From assembly GCF_009914755.1 (NCBI RefSeq), contig NC_060931.1: DNA of 64,000 nucleotides, one strand, 5' to 3'. The translations under genes and the position numbers were made by a program. This document shows, one piece after another, positions 52,960-64,000 of this stretch. Within the stretch, counting starts at the first letter, position 1. Every line of letters starts with the position of its first letter. Source of the DNA: the human T2T-CHM13v2.0 reference genome, Homo sapiens. The notes beneath the pieces were generated by a model that worked only from the letters and a program-made list of their open reading frames with translations, was not told the DNA's origin and did not search any database.

Positions 52960-54080
52960 ATAAAATATTTATTAACCTCCTCCTGGAATATCACATGTTG
53001 AACAAATTTTAAAATTATCCATTTAATGTAGGCACAACAGTAAGGATAGATCAGTTACTTATGCAATAAAAATTCCAGTATGTCAGGAAGACAGATAGGC
53101 AAATAGTTATTTACTTTAAATGTGGTAAGTGATGTGATAGAGAAATAGAGTTGTCTGTGGGAGCCAACCAATCCGGATACATGGGAGTGATCATGAAGAA
53201 TATTTTGGAGGTGGCAGTTTCTAATTTGAGATATAAATAATACATAGAAAATGGATAAAAGTTGACTTTAATGTCACACATGATAAAGCTTCAAGAAAGA
53301 AGAAGCAAGTAAACATTTTAATTTGGTAGGAATACAGAGTGTACTATTAAATGACTGATAAAAGGATCTGGAGATGTAACAAGGGCCAGTGGAATGTTTA
53401 AAGCTTAGCTCAGCAATGGAAAAACAGACAATTTTAAGATTAGGAGTAACACAGTTTTACACATTACAAATACCACTCTATGTGGTGGGACCAGTTAGGA
53501 GGCTATTAGCTATAAAATTCTAAGTAGGGGGTATTGTGAAAAGTAAAGCAACTTGAGAAAAATAATTAGAATATAGGATCAGTAGTTTCTGTTTATTGAT
53601 TTTAAGGAATGAGGAAGAGGGAGAAATATGGGAGAATAAATGATGGTGACCCGGGCTCCATCAGTTTTATTTAATACTTTCAATGAGAAGGTATACAGGA
53701 GAAGCAAGTTGGTAAGTCGGGTTTGGATGAAGTTGATGCGATGTATTCAAGAGGAGATGTCCAATAACAGTTGGATGTATATGAGGCATATCTATCTAGT
53801 TACTAGAAATAAATGTGAAAGCCATCAGACATATATTGTAAGTGAAGCCAATATAGTTTCAGATGCCTGGAGAGTGAGAATATTTGAAAAGGAACACCAA
53901 CATCTATCAAGGATGCACCAAGCACATGAAGTCTGCAAGGTTCATGCAGAAGTAGAAGCCAGTGAAATGTTAGAAAAACCCAGTGAATTTAGTAGAAGTA
54001 TAGACAATAGAAGACAGTGCTTTCAGAACACAGAAGTGGTCAAAAGTGTGTAGCAACAGGTCATATAATCATATAACATC
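52960..54080 (-). mobile_element. L2 fragment
   Basis: gggaccagttaggaggctatt, ggagatgtccaataacagttggat and purine-rich antisense L2 texture. Confidence 0.6.
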
Positions 54081-55308
54081 AAAATATTCACCTATATCTT
54101 TCAATAAACTGAAATTTTATTTAAGCATTGACCTAGGATACTTTTACTTCCTCAGCACTTTCAAAACACAATTCTGGGAAATGAAATCAATTTCATTTAT
54201 TTATTTCTCCAACACAATTCTGAGAAATGAAACTAATTCTTACACACTTTCTTTTAATCAAGAAGACATTCTAGGTTGCAAAAAAACACAAATTGATTTT
54301 TTAAATTTCCTGACAAATGCATAACTGCAAAAAAAAAAATCAATCTGATTTCTGATATTTTCTGGTAGAATGTAAGGAAGCTGACTGACTGTTCTCTACA
54401 CTTTTCATTATTTTCACTATTTTTTTCTTTTGCTTTTGTGTTTTGTTTTGTGAGCTGAAATTCAATTTAAAGAAAAGTAAGGATGAATGAAGCAGTGGAC
54501 CCAGTGAGAGCACCACTAACATACGCAGTGTTTTCAGTGGCCAATTTTTCACACTGTTTGAAGGGAGTGAAATATTAGTATTCATCTCACATTGGAAGCA
54601 AGCTGAAAAGGCATAGTTATATTTTCAGTCTGATTGTTTTTTATTTGAAGTGTAAACTCACAAACTGTAGCTGTGGAGGGGCAAACAAAAGGAATAGAAA
54701 GAAAACTGGGTTTGTTTGTTCTATTAAATGTAGGATCTACGTTCTAGGCATCTACATAAAAGGATTTACTTGGACTTCTGATTCCCATCTGTTTTAATTG
54801 GTTGGTTTATATTCATAAGCAGCACTGGCATCCTAAACAGAAATTATATGATATTATATGCAGAGAAGAGGTGGGGGAGAGTGTTTCTGACTCTTTGTTC
54901 ACTTTCCAATTCTTTGTATAAAAAACAGACTGAACATAGCACTAGCCTTAGCTTCTGAGCCCTGGAACAGCTTAGAAAGAAAAAAAAAATAGAAGAGAGC
55001 TTAAAAACAGAAAAGAAAGCCTTACAGAAATATTGTGTACCGTGCTCTGCAACCTGAAATATCTTCTACCCAATTCTCCTATAATGAATGGAAACAATTT
55101 TATAGCCCAATTATTATGTAGTCCATCAATTTATGGAGATAACAAATACAAATGGGAAATAAAGACCATTTTCATTAGCTCCATCTGTGCATGCAAACAA
55201 ACTAATATGAGAAAAATAAAATTGTGTTTCTCTTGTCTTTACCCATAAGAATGTGCTCCATTCCATTAAAAAGTAAAACAACTGAATATTTTAAATGTAC
55301 TTACTGGA

Positions 55309-55346
55309 GCTCCAGTAGCGCAATTGGTTAGTGTGCAGCACTTACA
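55309..55346 (+). pseudogene. Retroposed 5' half (5' exon) of tRNA-Ile(UAU), tail-less
   Basis: gctccagtagcgcaattggttagtgtgcagcacttaca matches the recalled tRNA-Ile-TAT 5' exon GCTCCAGTGGCGCAATCGGTTAGCGCGCGGTACTTATA at 31/38 (all transitions, 4 at CpG); flanked by 14-bp TSD aaatgtacttactg / aaacgtacttgctg. Confidence 0.85.
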
Positions 55347-55629
55347 TGAAACGTACTTGCTGACAGTTTTTTAAACATTTTAAATATGTTTCAAAGGAAA
55401 AAAAATTTTATAAATAAAAGGACATTTTAAAAATGCCTAGTTTAAAATAACACAATTAATTTAAATAAAATCCTAAAAGAAATTCATTATTTCAATGATT
55501 ATTGAAGTTGAGTAATTAAATCAAATTGAATACAAGTCAGTCAAATAAATATTTATTAATTTTCTATAATATATACCCAACATGTGCCAGGTGTTAGGGA
55601 GGTATCAAAGAAGAGAACAACTTAGTTCT

Positions 55630-55818
55630 ACCATGTGCTGAAACAGAAGAGGAGCCACCTAATCTGTGAGATTAGAAGAGACCCTCAGCAGGCATCCAGA
55701 CTCTCAGTGCCTTATTTTAGACTTCCTAGCCTCTAGAACTATAAGAAATAAATATATATTACTTATAAATTATTTAGTCTCAGGTATTTTGTTATAGCCA
55801 TACTAATAGACTAAGACA
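55630..55818 (+). mobile_element. MaLR LTR 3' fragment (MLT1A/MST-like)
   Basis: ttagacttcctagcctctagaactataagaaataaat...gtctcaggtattttgttatagc...gactaagaca. Confidence 0.75.
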
Positions 55819-56574
55819 GCTACCAACTACATGACTCATCTAATCCCCAGTAGAAACATAAGAAGGAAGGGGAGGATACCAAGAGTATTCATGAAAAAAA
55901 TCCCCCCTTAAGAAAATAAGAGGGTATAATAAGCATCCTCCTGAATATTTCATAGGTTTTTGATCTCTTAAATATTACAATTTAGAATTGACCCTGTGTC
56001 CTTCCTTCATGGGACTACTCACAATCAGCTGCCAGTCTTTCATAGACACTCCATAGACCACTGGTAGGCAGTTTTGACTTTACTCTCCAAAGGACCATAG
56101 TGTAACCTACAACCAATGTTATGCATTGTTCTCATCAGAGATTACGCAATGGAAATAAATGTACATATTTTGATATTTCAATTTTTAGAAATGTAGAAAT
56201 ACTTGAAATTTGCATATAAACTTTATTCTATTATGGTATACTTGATATTTTTATTAATCTAATATTAATATTCCTAAGAAACTGAAGTTCAAAATTCAAG
56301 AGGTTCAAAAATCCTCTATGATTTAACACATAAAGTAATTCACTCTTACCCTCTTCTTACAATGATTATATTCTTCACAATATGAGCCTAATTCCAGCCA
56401 GATTATTGTTTTGTACAACAGCACCAACAAAGCAACAAATAACTCTTCCAAAAGACATATTAAATGTAGAGGGAGATCAAAATAATAAGAATCTCAGGCT
56501 ATGTGCTACTAATCAGTTTCTCTGTTGTATTCTGAAAGATGAATTATTTTAGCACAGCAATGACCTTCTTACAC

Positions 56575-57261
56575 TCTTCCATGTCTTTGCTGTGGTGAAC
56601 AGTGCTGTAATGAACATATGTGTGCATGTGTCTTTATAGTACAACTATTTATATTCCTTTGGGTATATATATTCAGTAATGGAATGGCTGAGTTGAATGG
56701 TAGTCCTATTTTAAGTTCTTTGAGAAATCTCCAAACTACTTTCCACAGTGCCTGAACTAATTTAAATTCCCACCATCAGTGTCTAACTGTTCCCCTTTCT
56801 CCAAAACATTGTCAGTTTCTGTTATTTTTTGACTTTTTTTTCAGAGCCATTCTGACTGTGTGAGATGGTATCTCATTGTGGTTTTGATTTACATTTTCTT
56901 AATGATTAGTGATGGTGAGCATTTTTTTCATGTGCTTATTGACCATGTGTATGTCTTCTTTTGAGATGTGTCCGTATCTTCTTCCCATTTTTAGTGGGAT
57001 TGTTGGTTTTTTGCTTGTTGATTTAAGTTCCTTATAGATTCTGGATTTTAGACTTTTGTCAGATGTGTAGTTTACAAATATTTTCTCCCATTCTGTAGAT
57101 TGTCTGTTTACTCTATTGATAGTTACCTTGGCTGTGCAGAAATTCTTTAGTTTAGTAAGGTTACCTTTGCTGTGTAGAAGTTCTTTAGTTTAGTTAGGTC
57201 CCACTTGCCAATTTTTGTTTTTGTTGCAGTTGCTTTTGCAGTATTCGTCATAAAAACCTTG
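56575..57261 (-). mobile_element. L1PA15/16-like ORF2 C-terminal fragment
   Basis: ttctttgagaaatctccaaactactttccacagtg, gagatggtatctcattgtggttttgattt; contains a ~38-bp tandem duplication at 57122-57198. Confidence 0.85.
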
Positions 57262-57720
57262 TAGCATTATTCACAAGAACCAAAATGTTAAAATAACCAT
57301 AATATCTAAGAAGTGATAAATGAACAAAATGTGATATATCCATATGGTAGAATACTATGCAGCCATTAAAAGGAATCAAAGTACTGACATATGCTACAAG
57401 TTTGAAAACATTATGCTAAGGGAATGATGCCTATCACAAAAGGCCACAAATTATATAACTCTACTCATAAGAATTGTCCTGAATAGGCAAATCTATGGTG
57501 ATAGAAAGTATATTAGTGGTTGCTGAGGGATAGGATGAGGGTAGGAGGATGTAGGGGGTGATGGTGTGAGGATACAGGGTTTTTTTTAAGATGGTGAAAA
57601 TGTTCTAAAAGCGACTGTGGTGACGGTTGCACAACTCTGTGAACAAAATAAAAGCCATTTAATTGTATGTTTTAAGTGGATGAATTGTGTGGTTTCTGAA
57701 TCGAATCTCAACAAAGCTTT
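57262..57720 (+). mobile_element. L1MB-like 3' end
   Basis: gaaaacattatgctaag...aataggcaaatctat...gtgaaaatgttctaaaa...ggttgcacaactctgtgaac. Confidence 0.85.
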
Positions 57721-57829
57721 TTTTTTTTTTCAACAAAAAGATCATAAGGGTGGTATGGCTTTAATTATTACTAATACCATATATTTGGTGAACTTACAGG
57801 CTGAAGAAGATCCCAGTGATGTATACACA

Positions 57830-58012
57830 AAGAACAGACCCTGTGAGGATGCAATGAGAAGGCAGCCATGGAGGGGGCACTTGGGAGAAACTAAAACTTC
57901 TGACACCTTGATCTTAGGCTTCCAGCCTCAAGAACTGTGAGAAAACATATTTCTCTTGTTTAAGCCACCCAATATACAGTATTTTCTTATGGTATGCCTA
58001 GGAAATTATGCA
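57830..58012 (+). mobile_element. MLT1 LTR 3' fragment
   Basis: gacaccttgatcttaggcttccagcctcaagaactgtgagaaaacatatttctcttgtttaagccaccc. Confidence 0.8.
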
Positions 58013-58954
58013 GTAAATATTTAGCTAGAGTATCCTTGGAAGTTGCAAGAAATATCAGAATCAGTAAACTCTTCTAGACTCCAGATATCTAGAGGACAAA
58101 TTTTCAAGCACATAGATCAAATCCAAAGTCTTGTTTTATTTTTTAACTGATATAAAATTTATGTTAGTGAAATGCATAATCTTAAATACTCAAGTAGATA
58201 ATTTTGGCAAATATCTCCATATAACCAGTTCCTTTATCAATCTATAGACTATTTCCATGAACAAAGAAAGCTATTTCTCTCTTTTGAAGTCATCTTCTAT
58301 ACCCAATAGATAACCACTGTGCTGATACTTTTTTATCACCAGAGATTAGTTTTGCCTATTCTTGAAACGCACATAAATGAAAACATAGAGAATGTTATAT
58401 TTCATTTCTGAATTTATTGCTCAACATTACATTTTTATGATTTAGCCAAATTGTATAGCATTTATTCATTCATTATCATTTCTGAGAAATATTCCAACAA
58501 GTGAATTTATCAAATTTATTTATTCTTCTGTGAGTATATACCTTAACGTGGTTCCCAGTTGTAGATATCATGAATAAATATACTATAAACATTATTTTAT
58601 GAGTCATTTCATAGATACATATTTTTATTTCTCTTGAGTTAATTAATACTGAACAGTAAATTGCTAGGTCTTAGGTTAGGTGCATGTTTACCTTTATAAG
58701 AAACTGCCAATTCCCAGTTTGTCATTTGTGCTTTAATTTTCTTAACTAATTTTTATGAAGGGCAGAAGTTGTGTGTTTTAAAATAATTGATTTCAATTTG
58801 TCAACTTTTTTGTCTCTAAAAATTATGTCTACCCGCAAGACCACAAACCCATTCTCTTATGTTTTTTTCTAGAAAAATTTTTTTAACTTTTAAGTGTATT
58901 GTCTAGCTCAAATTAAGGTTTGTGTATACTGTCAGCTGGAGATGGTCATTCCCC

Positions 58955-58957
<3 letters not shown>

Positions 58958-59001
<44 letters not shown>
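58958..59001. repeat. (TG)n microsatellite, about 22 units
   Basis: pure gtgtgt tract. Confidence 0.95.
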
Positions 59002-59005
<4 letters not shown>

Positions 59006-59713
59006 GCCCATTATCACCAGTTAAAATACTATTCTTTACTGAATTGCTTTAAAGTCTTAGTCAAATATCATCTAACTGCACCTATTTTTCTTTTTCCTGG
59101 ACTTTGTGTTCTATTCCATTGATCTAGTTTTCTGCTCTTATCTCTAATATCTTGATTTCAGTAGCTCTATAGTAAGTTTTTTTAATAGAAAAATGTATTA
59201 ACCTTGCCCCATTTATTCTCTCCTTTTAAACCCGGTGTGGCTTATTTGTGTTATTTGTATTCCCAAGTAAATTTTAGTATCAGCCTACCCAATTTCTACA
59301 ATTATTGGATTTTTTATTTAGGGCAGAATTAACAACTTAATTTTTAGTTGTTCTATCCATGAACAGAGTGCTTATTTATTTACTTTAGTATTGCTTATTT
59401 CCACACTGTTTTGTGGTTTGCGGTGCAGTTTTATAGCTCTTTTATTACATTTGATCCTATTCCTTTTCATGCTTTTGATGCATCTTCTATTTATATGTAC
59501 TTAATTTTGCAATTTTTTTTTGCTTGTACTGAATCTCAAGATTTACAAAAATTTATTATTTTATTTATTTTTTTGAGATATCCTAAGATTGTCTAAATAC
59601 TGGATTATACGTCCTGCAAGTAAAAACTGTTATATGTCTCCTATTCCAAAATGTTTGTGATTTATTTATTATTTTATTTCACTGGCTAAAATCTTTGATA
59701 TAATATATGTCTT

Positions 59714-60080
59714 ATATTAGTCTGCTAGGACTGCCATAACAAAAAATGGTTAACTGGGTTGTTTAAACAACAGAAACTGATTTTCTCACCGTTCTAGGGG
59801 CTGGCATTCCAAGATAAGTTGCCAGCAGGTTTGATTTCTCCTGAGGACTCTCATTCTTTGGCTTACAGATACTTGTATTTTTACTCTGTCCTCACATGGT
59901 CTTCTCCTCTGGGTACATGCGTATCTTGTGTCTCTTTTCTGATGAGGACCGCAGTCATATTGCCTTAGGGCTCCACCCTTATGATCTCATTTAACATTAA
60001 TTACTTCCCAATTATAGTCACATTGGGAAATAGGGCTTCAACATATACATTTGTGGGGTAACATAATTCACTCCATAACA
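59714..60080 (-). mobile_element. MaLR solo LTR, MLT1B-like
   Basis: tattagtctgctaggactgccataacaaa...tagggcttcaacatatacatttgtgggg...cactccataaca. Confidence 0.85.
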
Positions 60081-60828
60081 ATGTTGAATAAAAATGATGA
60101 GAACAGGTACTTTTTATTCTGGTCTTAAATAGAAACCATTTAAAATATTACACTGTATATGTCATTATCATACTGAGGAAATTTCCTTTTATTTCAAGTT
60201 TGCTGAAACTTTTACTGTGAGTAGGCTTTGGATTTTGTCAAATGCTTTTAATGAGTCTACTTTGACCATCATATTGTTTTCTTCTTTCATCTATTAGTGT
60301 GAAATACAAAGTTTGATTTGTGAATGTCAAATCTTAACATTCCTTAGGTAAATTCACTTGATCATTATTTATTACTCTCTTTATTTATTTCAACATCTGC
60401 TGTGCTTTTTAAAAGAAATTTTGTGCTTGTGCTTATGAGTGGCATTGCTTTTGATAAGTTTTTTTCTTGTAATGTCCCTACAAGTTTTGATATTGGAGTT
60501 ATTCAGGGATCATAAAATGAGTTAAAAACTTTTTTCATCGCCATGCATTTCCTGAAAAATTCTGTTTCAGATTATTATTATTTCTTCTGGTGGAAACAAT
60601 TATATCTGTTTTTATAAGATAAGGTTTCCTATAAAAGATTTAATTTCCTAAGCAGATATAAGGCTATTCAGATCTATTTTCTTCTTTTGTCAATTTCTGT
60701 AGGATGCTTTGCCAAAGAATTTTCTTATTTCATCCAAGATGTCAGTGATATTGGCATGATATTGTCATTTTATCGCCTCATCCTTTTAGTATTTTTATGT
60801 TTCCCTCCTTCTGCTTCTGGTAATTTGT

Positions 60829-60859
<31 letters not shown>

Positions 60860-60861
60860 GT

Positions 60862-60913
<52 letters not shown>
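60829..60913. repeat. Compound (TC)n(TG)n microsatellite
   Basis: tctctc... immediately followed by tgtgtg... Confidence 0.95.
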
Positions 60914-60915
<2 letters not shown>

Positions 60916-61666
60916 ATCTCTCTGTCCTTCTCTCTTTCTCTAGAGTAGTTATTCTAAGGATTTATAAATTGTGTTACTCTGTTATGAGTCAATAAATGAA
61001 ATACGGATTGTTTCCATGAACTAAATGGATCTGAAATCAGTATGAATATTAAGTTTATAGAATACCAGTAGGCCAAGACGTTGGTCTTGCCTTGACAACT
61101 GAATTCCTTCTGAGAGAAAGAATGATAAATTACATATTGTGTGGGATGACTCCAGCCTACTGACAAAGTGAATATTTGGTACATTGGCTACCAGGCCCAA
61201 AAGTAACAGAAATTATGGCTACTTAAACTGTATTATATTTTTACTGTAATGCTTAATTTTAAAATACAGTATCATCAATGCTCTATAATGTATGAATATA
61301 TCTGTTGTCTTTATTTTAGGATTTTACCTACGTACAAAGCCAAATCCTAAAAAGCCAACGTGGGCTTCCTCTTTCCTCATTGTTTGCAACAACCTAAATA
61401 ATTTGTCCATTAGAAACTTTTAAAATACAAAGTACACTAAATTAACCCCCATATGAATTCTCAGTTTTTTTATACTGGAACATTTTATAGCATGAGATTA
61501 AAAATACTTAGGTGATCCTTTCAAAGTGGCTTACTTTTGTTTCTTTAAATATGAAAGAATGTAGATTTTTTAAAATATCAAAAATAATTTCACTAGTCAG
61601 TTAAAAACATCCATTTTAGACTTATAAAAAATATTACCAACATTCAACTATTACCTGTATTGCCAC

Positions 61667-62253
61667 TGACAACCAAAATGAGTGACTGAGGCTTGAGTCT
61701 CAAATCATCAATGTTTATTGAGACAGTTTGAGGGTGTGCCTTAAAAAAACGCAAGTCACAGACACATCTGTGGCACACAGGGATTTTTTTTTTTCCATGG
61801 AGGTGCGAGGAGATTTAGTACTTATACATTTTCCTTTAAAAGGGGGAAGAATGCAATGCATGATTACACACTTGTGAGACTGTAGTTAGCACCCAACGAA
61901 TCTACATTTTACAAAGAATAAGGTGAATATCTGAAGAAAAAGAGAATAGAGGAAGCAGACATCTCAGGAAAGGGTGAAAGAATGATTAATTTCATCTTGT
62001 CTGTGTTCTGTACCTGGGACAATATGCTAGTAATCAATTTTAACATTGTGGAGTCTTTGAAAGGTTTGGGTTATATTTGGCCCCTTACGGATGAAAATCT
62101 AATAGGGTTAGTCAGGGAGTGGGTATGATGAGGCTTGTCCAGCATTTCGTGGCGGCCATGGAACTCAGATTCCAAGGGTTCCCTGTGGTCCTCATGGCCA
62201 AGAGGGGCCCTCTTCAGTCACTTAAGGGCTCAGAATTTTATTTTAATTTCTTA
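61667..62253 (-). mobile_element. ERV1 solo LTR (MER4-group-like)
   Basis: tgacaacc...tttattg (antisense polyA signal)...catggccaagaggggccctcttcagtca...agaattttatttt; possible 4-bp TSD ccac/ccat. Confidence 0.7.
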
Positions 62254-62422
62254 CCATCTTAAATTATTAATGGTTTTTTAGGAACGTGGGGAAATGTCTG
62301 AGTTCTGCTTGAAATTGAAAAGCAGCATGTTTTAGTCCTTAGATACCACTCTTCTGATACATTGTCTAGTTTGAAATCTATTCATAACTTCACAAAGTTA
62401 TTTTATCCTTTGAGATAGGTAC

Positions 62423-63095
62423 TGTAAACTAAAGATAAAATTGTAAGCAGACCATCTCTTGGCCATGGGGATGCCAGAGCAATCTTGAAAACTAAATTCT
62501 TGGACATGATTGGAAGGGGTGTAAGACATACCTCCTTATACTGCCTCCCCCTGCTAACCACAATTGGCCTTTCTTCCCTAAGGGTCAAACAGAAACCAGC
62601 TTTTTCAAAAGACTCTACCACGGATATCAGCCAACCATCTTATGCTGCCCCTTCATTTTTACTTGATAGGAGACCACCAATCACGGGATGTTTCTGGCCA
62701 GTCTAAAGAGAATGCACAGTAAGGGTTTTCACGTCCTTTGCTTCACACTTTAATGTCAGAAGGTGGAAAACTTCACTGTCAGATCCTGCTAACACTGTCA
62801 TTTTTTGAACATGAGACCCATGAAGGGGCATGAAGTGCCATTGCACATGCACACATTTCTCCTTTCATAAATATCCATGACTCCTCCTGTGGCTTAATGA
62901 ATATGTGTATTTGGCCATCCTGCTCAGCATAAATGCCTGTTCCCTTTGCTCCTCATTTGAAATGTCTGCTTCCAGCTTCTGACCAGAGGCTATGCTGCCC
63001 AGTCTGTCAGCATGGCCACCTTGCAAGCTACAACCCTTTATGAGAAAAAAGCTCTCCTTTCCAAATTTGTGAACCTCATCATTCTTCAGTTGACA
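62423..63095 (+). mobile_element. ERV1 solo LTR (MER4/MER39-group-like)
   Basis: tgtaaactaaagataaaatt ... ttcttcagttgaca (TG..CA) with perfect 4-bp TSD gtac (62419-62422 / 63096-63099). Confidence 0.85.
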
Positions 63096-63132
63096 GTACA
63101 ATGGATGGGTCATTTATAATAGCAATATTATT

Positions 63133-63410
63133 TCTATAGTCTGAATGTTTATGTTTCCTCAAAATTAATGTGTCGAAAACCTAACCCTAAAGATGGTGGT
63201 ATTGGGAGGTGGGGACTTTGGGAGTGATTAGGTGATGAAGGCAAAGCCCTCATTAATGGGATTAGTGACTTTATAAAAGAGGCCCAGAGGGTTGCCTTGC
63301 TTTTTCTACCATGTGAGCATGCGAGAAAAGGCGCGATCTATAAGGAATGGGTAGTCACCAAACATGGATTCTTCCTGCACTTTTGATCTTGTCCTTTTTG
63401 TCTCCAGAAC
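63133..63410 (+). mobile_element. MaLR LTR (MLT1A/MSTD-like)
   Basis: ctatagtctgaatgtttatgtttcctcaaaatt...ggaggtggggactttgggagtgattagg...ttataaaagaggccc. Confidence 0.8.
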
Positions 63411-64000
63411 CTGAATGGACTAAATTATACAGTAAAGTGGCACAATTTCTTGGCAGATTTCTCAGAGAAACATTACATATTTTACATATTATTTGTTGCA
63501 ATAATGCAAATTTTATCTTGCTAGAAAAGGAGAAAATAACTTGGTGACTTTCTTCATGGAAAGTTTGTAATACATTGTTTATTTATTTCCCATGAGGAAG
63601 AAAATATCATTGATTATATAATAAATATTAGAAAAATTTTAGACCTTAAAATTTTGCCTAAGACTTTGTGGAGCAAGTACATACAATAGAAAGATGGAAC
63701 ACAAAAGTGTTCAATCTAATATTTTAAGTATTGCATACAAGAGTCTCGTATCGTTACAAAGTAGCCTATATCATTTCATGTATAATTAACAGATCATTGT
63801 TGGCAAATGAGAGTATAGAGTCGCTAATTTTTGGTTAAAATCAGCTACTAACTAAAGATCTAGCAACCAGGTAAAATAAAAGCATGTCATATCAGATTAA
63901 ATTCTAACTTAAATCTAAACTTAGGTAATAAAACAAGCATAAAAAGTTATTCAAATTATTTCATCATCTGAATAAAGTTTTAGCTGCCTATAGTTTAACT

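Larger units (their letters stand above)
58135..61000 (-). mobile_element. Old L1ME/MC-like element, interrupted by MLT1B and microsatellites
   Basis: agataaccactgtgctgat, gattagttttgcctattcttgaa, ctttataagaaactgccaa, ggattttgtcaaatgctttt. Confidence 0.7.

Noticed and set aside
53640-54053. 137-aa ATG-initiated ORF
   Set aside because: It lies in antisense L2-like sequence, has no recognisable domain, and has no promoter or splice support
55309-55346. Functional tRNA gene
   Set aside because: There is no 3' half or B box, the anticodon is mutated and CpGs have decayed; annotated as a retropseudogene instead

Overview
AT-rich, gene-poor primate genomic DNA, almost certainly human because it carries an AluYb8 with the diagnostic 7-bp duplication. 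It reads as intergenic or deep-intronic sequence. I find no supportable protein-coding gene: the ORFs that resemble real proteins are decayed L1 ORF2 and Tigger1 transposase, and the rest look like chance ORFs. Much of the window is recognisable interspersed repeat: several L1 generations, Alus, MaLR/ERVL/ERV1 LTRs (including a complete THE1), DNA transposons (near full-length Tigger1, MER44, MER30, MER20, MER8) and L2/MIR. Subfamily names come from recalled consensus sequences, not from a RepeatMasker run. The most notable structures are: (1) a 72-bp-arm near-perfect inverted repeat in unique sequence at 14738-14903, a candidate template-switch-born miRNA-like hairpin; (2) a TSD-flanked, tail-less retrocopy of the 5' exon of tRNA-Ile(UAU) at 55309-55346; (3) a very young AluYb8 nested in a THE1 LTR inside an L1; (4) several micro fold-back scars; (5) a candidate recursive splice site at 31671/31672. 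I cannot demonstrate a new biological system from sequence alone, so these are leads to test.
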